The notes under the pieces: model-generated
Told to the model about the DNA's origin: nothing
Seen by the model: only the letters and a program-made list of their open reading frames with translations
Databases searched by the model: none
Part shown: piece after piece, positions 25,970 through 37,435 of the stretch
Numbering within the stretch: position 1 is the first letter of the stretch
Layout of the letters: each line of letters starts with the position of its first letter
Translations under genes and position numbers: made by a program
Origin: Balanoglossus misakiensis
Lineage: Eukaryota > Animalia > Hemichordata
Direction of reading: 5' to 3'
Length of the DNA: 64,000 bases
Assembly (NCBI GenBank): GCA_040954595.2
Contig: CM082592.2
Location: 9,163,677-9,227,676, forward strand

Positions 25970-28900
25970 TCACTGTTCATCGTTGCCGCGGTTCTTCCTC
26001 CTCCTTGACGACAGCAGCACCTTGGCGAGTCCGTATAGCAACACGAAAATTGCCACCAGAGCGATCCCCAGCACAAACCCGATATTGTACACGTAGCAGA
26101 ACATCACGAATCCCAGCAGGTAACCCATGTTCTGATAACTCCCCAGAAATCTCAGGCTCAGCCTCGGTTTCCAGGTGGCCATCTTGTGCTGCGACGACGG
26201 ACTGCTGGACGAGGACTGTAGGTACGGTTGCCACGACGACACGGGCGGCGGGCTAAAGTACTGCTTTGCTAGCCGGCCAATCAGGTCAGTTCTGGAGCAC
26301 AACTCTTCAATTTTGTCACCTGCCTGAAAACAAATTATATACACAACCAGAGCAGATTATTTTATGATGTCCAACTTCACCATAGTAAACCATTGGTTTG
26401 GACCAAACCATGGTGGTGAAGGGGTAACCCTCAAGCTTGAAGGCAGGCAGACATCATATCTATGCTGCAAAAAATGATTTGACGTTCCTCCAGCCTAATG
26501 ACATTGTTTTGTGCGAACGCCAATTATTTTGAGATTCCAGACACAGCGAGAGATGATCAATACCTACCTGTGTGTTAATGTTCGATGATAACCTGTAAAG
26601 AAATCGGACCAGTGTGGCATTTTCAAAACTTCTGATTGGCTGCAAGTCTGGGTCCCCCGTGTAGACAATGTCAAACTTCCGTAGTCCATTGGCCAACTGC
26701 AACATGTTATGATAACAAGAGTTTGTAATGATATATAATGCAACAGCAGCAGGAATATCACAGTTTAGATGGTTCAACTCAAAGTCAATTGATATTTGTA
26801 TTGACTGTACCTGATATCTTCCGAGAGCTGTGAGTTCACCATCTACCATGTCCGGCAGATGAGATTTCCCGTCACTTTTCCCATTGGACAGCGTCTCCCA
26901 TGTCACATTGGTCTCGTTGCCCGTTGGTGGCTCAACCTGAAGAGCAAATGTGAAATGTGAGAAAAAAAACAACGAAATTGTCACAGTGAAGTCTTGTGTA
27001 CAAATGGACCGGTGATGGATGGGCATGTGGCTAAGATGGTTGGGGTTAGGCCTGGTAGAGAGTGGTGGAAGTTACCTTAAAAACCGCCGATAAATACTGC
27101 AGGGACTGCCTTAGATAATTATTCACTTTCTGGACATCTGGATGCGGGTCGTCATAACCGTCCGGATCGCGAAAACTGCCGGTTGTGCCGATCTGTTGGT
27201 TGATGTCCATCAAGCTATCGAGTCCCAGCAGACTCATCAGTCCGCTGGACGAGCCACTGCCTGGTTTAGACAGCAGTGTGAGTGTGCTCTGGGCATGCAG
27301 GATCTTTCCTAACAGTTGTTCGATCTGCAGTTGTATATAAAGTAGTATATTGAGTCAGTATTGATGCTAGAAGTTACCTTTACGACATGAACTCTAAAAG
27401 ACAACCAGGTGACACAAAAATCAGAATACAATAGGGACTCACCAAGCTCTGCATTTCTTGACTGAAAAGTGGTTTATACACAAAGCCCTGCCCCTCCAAC
27501 TCAGCCAATTGCGACTTCAGTAAAGTTCCGCTAGGGGGTCTGGCTGTGGATAAGAAACTGCCACCTGTGCTAGTGGGTGTAGTGAAATCACTTCCTAGTC
27601 TGGGTCCACCAGTTTGCTCGTACAGCAGACCTTCCGCTGAAAAATACCAAGGTAATGAATTTGGTTGTTATGTTTTTTGAAACTGTTAAAATTACTATTT
27701 TCTAAATGTTCACATGTCCTCTTCCTTCCAAAATGTCAAACCCCGCCAGGCCTACCTTCTTCTATCATTTGCGCCAGGCCTTGTTGGGCATAGACTTTTG
27801 AAACTCTGAAGAGCATGTAAGCGTTCTTGGAGGCACTCATGTCCTGTCTGTAGGCACGTGGCAGGAAGTCTATGAACAGCGTGGTGTAGAACAGCAAGTT
27901 GTCGGTAATGAACTTCATCCTGCAAGGAGAATGGCGATGGAACATGTTAAATTTTTACTAAGAGGCTCAGGGGGAAAAATGCAGTTGGGGGAAAATGTCT
28001 AATTGTTGTATGTTTCTCATATGACATTAACTTTTTCAAGCATGATATCTTACCATTGTGTTTGGATAGCAGTATTCTTGCCTTCAGCCTTACTGGGGTT
28101 AAATCTCCGGTCCTCGGTGTATCGCCATGGTTGTATGTAACTCAACCAGGTTTCATACATCTGTCAACATTTGACAAGCCAAAAAACAAACCATTAATCT
28201 TGACACCCGAACATGGCTTATGTGCTTAGCAGTCGGAGAACTGGACTCATGATAAAAGGATAATGAAAATAGAGACCAACTCAATGTGTGTTATTTTCAA
28301 TAAATGTACGGTGATGAAGTGAAACACACATACCAGTCGGAAAGATGCATCCAGTGGCCATTTGTCAAAACCGTGTCTTAGAAACGCATACAGCTTCTTT
28401 TGAAAGATGTGTGGGATTATAGTCCTGTCACCAAAAAAAGGATACAAACCAAATTAGTATTTTGGTCAGTTTAGGTTATTTTCGCACCTTGCATCATTGT
28501 GTATTAGTTTGTAATCACATTCATAAAAGTGTCACATCTGTCACAATAATTACAAGATGTACATCAGAATGGTATGCGTACCTTTTCAGGTCATCAAGTG
28601 GCAGTTCAGTGTGTTGTTGGTACGGCGACGAGATTACAGTGGTCTTCACTGAGTTGGCAAAGAAGTGAAGATGTTTCACCAACATGCGTACAATGCGGAC
28701 GTGATCCTGACTGGGAAGAAAGCTTTCCTGTGGAACACAGACAAAAGTCATGATTTCCATATTTATTTCAAACAAAAACGTGAAGAGCACCGTTATGTCA
28801 GAATCAAGAGTTTTACTATGCAGTATAAAACTTACTGCAAACTGTTCAGACAGGCTTCTGTCCCGCACGTCCAGTGAATTCTGATTGAGCCAGAATTCGG

Positions 28901-31886
28901 CGATGATCTGGGCGAACGTCTCCGATCGCCAGTGTTCGTGCGCTGTGGGTTCTGACTTCATGGCTGCCTGACTCGGCGATCGGACCTGGCCGGCCGCGCT
29001 GCCACGGATCAGACCACTGTACGACGGCGACTGGTAGTGCTGTGAGTGCTTTCGCTGTTGGAGGCTGCCACCGCCGCTGCTGCTATGGGGCACGTGAAAG
29101 CTGGGTGATTGCCTGCAAGTGCATGATAAACACGAGCCATTACTCACGACATAAAAAATAAGGCCACCTGCAACTGTTCTGTTCATGGAGAATGAAACAT
29201 TACAGTCAGACACGACAGAAAATCTGCTTTTGATAAGCTGACCAGATATCACTGATCACTTGCAACCACTACTCATGCATGCATGGCATTCTCAGTGGGA
29301 TCAACACCACATCAAAGTTCAATACAATAATACATGTATGTAGCTGGCTGCCAATTGCCATGCAAATGCATAGCATCAGCCTTTTGCCCAATACTGGACT
29401 GAAAGCTTGTCTCAGCAACTTACTCTGTACAATTCAGACCTCAGTATGTGCACATCAGATAATTCTGAGTGAGTATTAGTCATGTGTAACAATTTTAATG
29501 ACTTTACACAGCAACCATTTGACACAGCACAAAGTACTTTACTCAACAACTTGTACAAAACAAAGGACTGCAATGTTACAAATACAATTAGAGCTTTTGC
29601 AACAAATCATGCATTGTCATATATTGACATTCAGAGATATTTACGTAATGCAAGAAATGCAGTCTGGCTTGCTCATTACACAGATTCTTCTTGTCAAGCT
29701 GAATCTGAGTGCATTATTTTTTTTTTTAACGAAATGCCATGTCTGGTCATGATATACATGAACAATGCAACCAAGTTCTTCCAAGTTAAATTCTCACCCC
29801 ATTGTGTACAGTGGCATGAATGAAAAAGATTAAATTTCATTCATAGAAAAACGTTCATTGAGAACATCATAGTGCCACGTCAGAAATGCATGCATGCATT
29901 CAGGAAAGTTTGAGTTGATGCAGAAAATCGTGTGCAGCCAACACAGATGCACATGTACTTGAATGTGTCAGCTAGATGTAGCAATGTTATACCCAAGTGA
30001 CTTACAGAAGATAGTGATACAGAACCCCATTTTGTGGAATCCTATCAGAGAATGTAAAAAAATAGTTGACAGGTAGATCACAAAAACCATTAATTACAAG
30101 CTACCTTACCTAGGTTGTCAACAGTACCGCCAAAAATGTCAAATTTTACAGATACAGAATTTAGCAACACTATTAATATCTGCTTGTCTGCTGTACAGTA
30201 AAACCAAGCCAAACACTTTTTTTCCTCATTTCCTACAAAAACAAATCAACAACATGTAAAAAAAAAAATATGGTTTCAGGTATCATTTTTTACCTGCTGT
30301 ACGGCGACTGTGGAGAATGGCCGGGGGAAGGCCCACTGCTTCCTCCAGACAGAACGGGCATGTTCACATTGTCCGGGGGCAGGAAGTAATTCAGGTAATC
30401 GTCTAACACGCAGGGATACACACAGTTCTCTGGATTGCACCAGAAGGCCATGTTCTGCAGGAAAACAGAAGGCGAAGATTTCTCAGTAGTCACCCTACTG
30501 AATGCCTTTAATTAAACAAGCACATACCATGTACATGTATAAATACAGATTTAATATAGGACCCCTCTTTCATTTAACCAATTCATATCCTCTCATCAAG
30601 AAATGTAGGCTTTTAACTCACCTTATTCTTGGGATAGACAATGAAGTACGCAAAGTGGAAAAAGAAATATTCAAACGCATCTGATTCAAAGATAAGGAAA
30701 TCAACTGTTTATAGCGTGGCCGGAACAAGCATGCCCTTTAAGTAAAATAGACCCGGCACAGAAACAAAAGTTTTCCATGTTGTAAGAACATAAAGGATAC
30801 TCAGGGAAATAACATTGGCTGGTCTTCCTTGAGTCTGATACGAGATCTTGTTCCCGTACAGAATTGGGATAACACCTTCCTGGATGGCATGCCTACTTGG
30901 AGTCTGTATGAAATAAAAATTGTTGATCATGATCGATTGAGTGTTTGTACAAGAGAGTGTGTGTGTGAGAGAGAGAGAGAGAGGGGGGGGGGGGGGAGGG
31001 GGAGGGTTTAACAAAAGTACTTACCGGAAGGCATGACACCAAGAAGTCATATCTGAGGTAATTATCTGACTGTAATTTGGACACCATATTCATCAGAGGT
31101 CCGGTTGGTGACAGAAACATCCTGAGTGCTTGGAACTCTATCGGGTGAGTCTGCTTCGTTATCGTTTTCAGCCCCCATCCTGGAGAGTTGTTGAATCCAA
31201 ACAAGCTCTCCAGCAACAAGGGAAATATTGCATGAAGATCCTGTTGGCATGAGATGAGAGTTTCACATTTTGAGTAATGACTATTACATACAGTAACAAA
31301 TGGAAAGCTCAATTAATTCTCAAAGCTCGGTAACTTCTGACCAAAATTCTGTATACACTGTAATAATACTTACTCGAACACTGCAGTCATTTATGATGAT
31401 TGTTACCTCATCACATCGTTGTTTTAATGCCCTGCTGGTTGCCAACTGAAATCTTGTCTGAAACAAACATCGACAACACTGTATGAAGATCTGCATCAAT
31501 GACCGTATGTAGCACAATCGCCCGTGGGCCCCAAGTCTGCCCTACGCTTATGCGCTAATAGGCACTCCCTGTATTACAATGAGAGCGCCTACGCGCGGAG
31601 CAGACTTGGAGTCGATCGAGCCGGGTCCACAAGCGACAAATCACATATGAACAAAGGCAACAGGCACTAGTGCATGGGACCAGTACCCTTCACGAGAGCG
31701 CCGGGGACTTCATTGAGTTCTGAAAAACATCAATGCGTTTGCGGAATGCTGTTTTCATATAATGTCCATGGAAGTATTTGGTATGAGATGTTGTAACGAA
31801 ATTTTGCACCACTTTCACCCGGTTACAGTGCTACAAACAGCTAAACTTACCGTGACAGACAAGTTACTTGTTGAGGAGGCCGCCAT
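25970..31886 (-). CDS. SMPD4: Sphingomyelin phosphodiesterase 4 (neutral SMase 3), 831 aa
   Basis: 16 exons (high-low): 31886-31851, 31457-31374, 31240-31025, 30903-30801, 30680-30622, 30454-30294, 29112-28836, 28727-28582, 28424-28334, 28160-28054, 27919-27756, 27636-27443, 27324-27076, 26936-26811, 26696-26568, 26323-25970. Motifs: LHAIFPLLLESLFG, AFEYFFFHFA, WRSETF, KHLHFFANS, WPLDASFR, WLSYIQPWRY, GDPDLQPIRSFE, PRLSLRFLGSY, plus a C-terminal transmembrane segment. Confidence 0.96.
26369..26427. mobile_element. Truncated copy of the TTAA MITE in the last SMPD4 intron
   Basis: GTCCAACTTCACCATAGTAAACCATTGGTTTGGACCAAACCATGGTGGTGAAGGGGTAA aligns with the 3' two-thirds of 20274-20366. Confidence 0.75.
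30681..30800 (-). other. U12-type (minor spliceosome) GT-AG intron, SMPD4 intron 4
   Basis: 5' splice site GTATCCTTT. A branch-like TTTCCTTATC (30700-30691) lies about 10 nt before the CAG. The frame is preserved across the junction (ISL-N-AFEY). Confidence 0.85.
30955..31007. repeat. Compound (TG)n(GA)n microsatellite plus G-run
   Basis: Directly visible in SMPD4 intron 3. Confidence 0.8.
31518..31636. mobile_element. About 120-bp foldback, MITE-like element in SMPD4 intron 1
   Basis: Nested inverted arms TCGCCCGTGGGCCC/GGGTCCACAAGCGA, CCAAGTCTGC/GCAGACTTGG and TAGGCACTC/GAGCGCCTA around a TGTATTACA centre. CpG-rich compared with its flanks. Confidence 0.65.
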
Positions 31887-32185
31887 TTTGTGATGTTTGT
31901 TTGTTGATTTTCTTTCCTCCGGGCAAAACTGCCCTCAACCCCTAACTTAGGAGGTCATTTCGGACACCCCATGCAGGTGTTAATTATAACGACAACACGA
32001 GACCATGCAGCAGCTGACTCAGCGGATGATGTAAATGAAAAGCAACCCAAATTTGTGAGTACGATGCTTGCGCAACGATATGACACGCTGATTCGGTGTA
32101 TGACAGTTCATTTATAGGGAAAGGGATAAAGCTGTAGCGCATGACAAACATCGGTACGTGAAGTAAAACTCTGATATCACCAAAC
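31880..32185. promoter_or_regulatory. Compact bidirectional promoter shared by SMPD4 (-) and the Tpt1N-LRR gene (+)
   Basis: The start codons at 31886 (-) and 32186 (+) are 300 bp apart. A YY1-type CAAAATGGCGGC overlaps the SMPD4 ATG, and an AP-1-like TGACTCA lies at ~32015. Confidence 0.65.
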
Positions 32186-35121
32186 ATGCAGGACTCAAAC
32201 CGTACAGGCACTGTCGGTGGCAATGGCAACGGTCAAGTCAGAAGTAAACGTGGGCGCCAAAAACAGGACAGGGGCCAAGACGGCGAAAGTCGACTGAGCA
32301 AAAGATTGGGTTATGTGTTGCGGTACGGTGCTGAAAAAGAAGGACTGCGAGTCAGTGACACTGGTAAGACTTTTATGCTACCATGGAAACACCAACAACG
32401 TACTACAGGTGTCAATATCATAAACTTGTATCAGTCACTGAATGAAATGAATATATATATTTTCAAACCGAGTGAAATGCAGGTCATTGTTTCACTGTGG
32501 AAGCCATTTCCCCAGTTTATCCCCAATACATGCAATAGGGTCATCACCTGTGGTAATTTACATGTAATTTACATGTTGGTGCACATAACCACCTGTTCAG
32601 ACTGAACCACGTGTTCCTCTCCTGTCTTTCAGGATATGTCGATTTGAGGGAGCTACTAAAACTGCCATTATTCCAACAACATGGAGAAGACGAAGTCCTT
32701 GATGAAATCAAACACTCCAGGTCGGGCAGAGGCAATAAAAAATTTGAATTCAAGAGAGAATATAATGGCCAGATTTTGGTGAGAGCCCTCTATGGGCGGA
32801 AAATGGAAAGGGTGAGTGCCCTAAATTCTTTTGTTTTTATCTCTCCCACACCATTCATCGATTTGATCAAAGATAATCCAATGAATGATCTAATATATGG
32901 TGATCCAGAATTCAATTCTAACACAGTTTTTCTTCTTCTGTTTTCCACTTTTCTTATCTTCAGAACCCTTACCACGATGGCTGTAAGGTTGTCAGGCTTC
33001 TGGAGCTGTGCTTGCTTCACATCTGTAAACACATGGAAGATTACGACCTGGAAGATTTTCCAGATGAGTATTTAGTAAGGTGAGTGACTACCAGAAAGTT
33101 GTTCCTTTACATTGTGTCGTCTGTGGAGAAATAGAAGTTCAGCTGTTCTCCAGTTACGTAAAATTGAAGATACATGTACTAGTTAGTATTCTCAACATGA
33201 AGTACCTTCTGCTCTTTAAATTGCAGTTCAATTGTACATAAACTCAAACGCCAGAAGAGACTGACCAATAACACCATGAGATGCGCACTGGGCAATGTGC
33301 TAGAATCGCTGGATCTTGACGGAGTCTATCTGACGGAGAAATCACTGAAGATTATCACTGCCAGATGTCCGAACCTGAAACATCTTGGCCTGAAGAACTG
33401 TGGCTACCTGATGAATGATCAGTTGTTTACACAAATGATAAAAGTGAGTGTGCCACTTGAGTCCGTCTCACTGGCTTCTTTTGTTTTTATCCAGTCGTGA
33501 AGTTTAAAAAAAATAATATTGAATGTATAAATGTATATGACAATGTCAAAGCCCCTGATATTGTGAAGATCAGGAAAATGTTGTAGGCATTTGTGTATTT
33601 TAAAAATTGTACCTGTCATGGTCTGTTGATTCCGACAAACAACACCTTGAATGAGAAAGTTGTGTATTGCTCCTTGAAATTCTTTCAAGGTCAGGCCTCT
33701 CAACAGGATAACGAAACTCTATCGCCCTGAATGTTTCCCACTGAAAGACAACAGTTATTTCTATTGTGAGTTTCCCAGGAAGTATTTCAGCAATTTGCTG
33801 TAAATGGATCGCCATTGTATCAAAATACATTATCCCGTCCTAATCACTGTTACATGTGTGTGGTTGCTTGCATAGGCTGCCAGTCAAGGTTAAAGATGTC
33901 TTGTAAAACTGGTCGTTGTTGGTTTTTTAGTCTAGTCTAGTATGGTTCTTCAGATCACACATGTATGTCGTGAATTACAGTTTAAAATTTGTCAGAAATA
34001 ATTCAAAGTGCAGATTTTGGGTTTTGGATTTTTTTGGCCTTGTGTTGGGAAATGAGTCCTTGAGTTGCATGATTGTGGAACCAGGAGTCTTGAAGGCCCC
34101 TGGCTGTCAGTCATTGGGCAACCAGTCAATCTAAGTCGCCCAGACTTCAGACCGAAATCACTAGTGTGAAGTAAAGTAACCAGTTTTGTTTATCGTCCGT
34201 GTGTCAGCAAGCAGCTACTGTTCCCCCCACGTAGTTTATCAACACTTCTCAGATCAGAACCGCGGCCCAGTCTGCAATTAGTGCTCGTTAAGCAACTAAT
34301 TCTCAGTCAACAATCGCCTGGCTTGTTGTGTAAGCCTTGCATTCACATGATGTTAGCACAGCACAAACTCCCGTCTTGTTGTGTTTACGTCTATGACTAT
34401 TTTACACGTTTTCTTCTTACGGAAGAATTTTGTTGACAAAAATTTCAATCCCAGAAATGTCCACACTCCAACATTCAAACAGAAGATGATGTGATGCTTA
34501 TTTTTCTTTTCCGTGCAAACAAAAAATACTTAAGTTCTCAGGATTTTTGCGGTCTTGTTCCACAAGTGTGGCCACCCAAGACAGCATTTTGCACCGCTGG
34601 GAAAACACGCTGTCTCAATTTGCTCAGGAATATGGGAACAAATTTTTTAAACTTCCTGTTTTTCCCAGATGTATTTCAAACTTCCAGACTTTACTTCAGC
34701 TGCTCAGGTCAAAGGAGTAAACTTTTCGTCTTTTGACTGTACGGTGAAAAGAGTTTTCGACAACAAAAGGTTGTATATGGTAGTCCTGTTTATTTTCGAT
34801 ATACCATAACAAAATTTCCATATCTGTTTTTTTTTTTTGCTACAGAAATTGCCACTTATGGAGAAGATCCACTTACACGGATGTTCGCAGCTGACAGGGA
34901 AATCGCTGAAATCGCTACGGAAACACGTCCCGAGCATCGTAGGTGTCAACTTGGCCTGCATCAAAAATTTCACTCAGCAGGATATCATAGATTTCATCAA
35001 CAATTGCCCAGACCTGATCTATATTAATATCTTGGAGTGTGGTCTGGAAATGACTGATGAGTTCTGTCTCAGACTGACAGATGCCTGGAATGGCCGCAGT
35101 ATTAAGATAGTTTATCAGTGA
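32186..35121 (+). CDS. Uncharacterised 321-aa protein: Tpt1/KptA N-terminal (RNA-binding) lobe + BC-box-like motif + AMN1/FBXL-like leucine-rich repeats
   Basis: 5 exons with canonical sites and a continuous frame: 32186-32363, 32633-32811, 32964-33079, 33227-33443, 34846-35121 (966 nt). The N-terminal part LSKRLGYVLRYGAEKEGLRVSDTGYVDLRELLKLPLF...KKFEF...ILVRALYG resembles TRPT1 LSKALSYALRHGA..LGL....GFVPL..LLQLPQF...KQRF...IRANQG. It is followed by VVRLLELCLLHICKH and LRRs (LESLDLDGVYLT, CPNLKHLGLKNCG, MEKIHLHGCSQLT, CPDLIYINILECG). Confidence 0.85.
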
Positions 35122-35198
35122 TATCAACAGTAAAAAAAGGCGTATCGAAACTCCACATTTACAATGTACTTGTGCATCCCAGTTACTGCATTCACTTT

Positions 35199-35390
35199 AA
35201 ACAAGTTTATTTTGATCATTTTGTATTTCTCTATGTTTACTTTATTTGAGTTTAATCAGTTTATTTTGAACATTTTTTATTCTCAACACATGTATTTATT
35301 TCATTTGAGTTAAAACAAGTTTATTTTAAACATTTTGTATTTCTCTATGTTTATTTTATTTGAGTTTACACCATTTGATTTTGAACATTG
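35199..35390 (+). repeat. Degenerate T-rich minisatellite (unit ~55 bp, ~3.5 copies) just downstream of the Tpt1N-LRR stop codon
   Basis: Unit is approximately AACAAGTTTATTTTGAACATTTTGTATTTCTCTATGTTTATTTTATTTGAGTTT. Confidence 0.8.
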
Positions 35391-37329
35391 TGTAATTCTT
35401 TTTTGTTTTGTTTGTGTTGTTTTTTTTACTTCAGCTTTTTTCACATTCAGACAAACCAAATTGTTCATATAAGCAGAATAATACTTGTATATGTAAATCA
35501 AATGATTTGTTTATATTTTAGGAGTGGATGAATACCATGTATTTTCCGAGTTGTAAGTATGAATAATGTTATACTTATTTACATAGAAACTTGCAAATGT
35601 TTGCATGGTATCCTGCCAAGGGCACATCATTGAAACATGTGTTCGAAACGACATGATCCGTGATATTTTTCCTTATTACTCTGGTTTCTTGAAGAAGGGT
35701 AAAGCGCTTTGGACGCGTCTATTTCATGTCACATGTATACAGCGCCCTCTATGGGTAGTTCCCTCGTTTCTAAGGGGGCGCACAGGATTCCTCTTTGGCG
35801 AAAAAGACGGAGAAGTCAAATATTTCATAGGAAATCAATAACTCACAAAGGCACACAATGGAGAAACAGTATCCACTGACCATCGTGCTACTTTTGTCAA
35901 GCCCTTTTGCCGCATCCCGCGACGCGGAGGATCTCCCAGAGCAACCTGTTTTAATGTGAAATTAAAGTTCTTCAAATACACAATTTAATGAACCTCGCGA
36001 ATGCTTGCACACCCTCGGGGCCGATTAATCAGAGGAAATGCACTCATCGCCACGCAGATACCCCGCCTTGTTTCGCTAGCTGTTCCACGTCTCGTTCGCG
36101 TCGTCCCATGAGATTCGGCGATTTCACTTAAACGTTTCCACACCGAAGCCCTTAATATTTGTCTTGTCTGTGAAGGGGAAAGGGGGGGGGGGGGGTCGTG
36201 TTTCGAGCAGACTGCCTGAAAAGGAAGGTGAAGCATAGGAACACCCGTTATCTGCCGGCAGTGTAACTTGTTATTATTTACACGCCAGAATAACTCGCTC
36301 GCACGCGATGTCCAATCCACCAGACCGAGCCGAACTTTGACCGTTCGGAGCCAACGGCGACGTGATGAGCGCGGGCTAAAATAAAGGGATGGCTCGTGTT
36401 TTCGACGAGAGCATGTATTTTGATTCCCAAATGGACCCAAAAGAATCGGTGTACTGTGTAGCGACCAATTTTGTTGACCTGCTCGCTAAACCGTTTTCAA
36501 TTAACCTCTGCCAGAGCGAAAAGCGCATTTCGTTGTAAAGCCTAGCTTTGAATAACACACGGTACTGTACAGAGATTACTCAGTATATGCTTGTAGTATA
36601 CAGGTATGATTCCATGTTATTTTCAACGAAAATTATGATTTTAACAAAAGAAAATCTACTTCTAAAATACTGAACAAAATGTGCGGACCATTCTTTTTCG
36701 GCCGGGGAATAAGTCCCCGAGAATCCGTAAGACGTCAAATAATTTTCAGAGGAAATGGAACCGGTTCGATGAAGACAGGTGCATTCAATGATCCAGAAAC
36801 TCGGGTCGTGCCGCTGCAAGAGATGAGTTTTTGTGCACGTTAAGTTGCTGTTTTTGAATTCTGATCTTTTTCAGCAGAAAAGGTGTTTGAAAATGGCCTA
36901 TCGATGCTTAAAATTTTTTTATAGAAGCAAAATATGAGTAACTGGGTATTTTGATTTAACCCCCTGGTTGCCCGGACTGTTTTGCTTTTCTTTTACCATT
37001 TTGTCACAGATCCAAGATTCTTTCATCGTCACGGTAATATGACAATATCCGGTCTAACCGATGCTTGCACTGACCGCACACAAACACGACGAGAACGTTG
37101 AATCGTTCCAATTCTTTAACCTGAAATCGTACAAACTCGCTCAAAATCGTTCCCGTCAATAAATTTCGCGGTGGCATCGCCGTTGATTCAGACACCTGTG
37201 AGGCATTTTCTTTTCTGGGCTGTTTCGCGTCACTCACGAAAGTGACAACACATCGCTAAATTTCAAGGATTTACTTCAAGCAGTTAAAATTTCGTTATCG
37301 GTTCTCCATCACTGCCGTTCCTGTCGACG

Positions 37330-37435
37330 CCCCCCTTTCTCTCCTCTCTACAGCCCCCTCTCTCAGTGCCATCTCTCGCTCTGCCCCCTTCTCCCTTCTC
37401 TCCATCTCTCTCCCACCCCTCCCCATCTATCCACC
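37330..37435. repeat. Polypyrimidine (CT-rich) low-complexity tract
   Basis: Directly visible; a similar tract lies at ~40425-40480. Confidence 0.6.

Noticed and set aside
32186-32811. Calling the gene an ordinary TRPT1
   Set aside because: The catalytic His and Arg are substituted, the NAD+ lobe is missing, and the frame continues into LRR exons.
35199-35390. CRISPR-like array
   Set aside because: Eukaryotic context, degenerate contiguous units with no unique spacers, and no cas genes.
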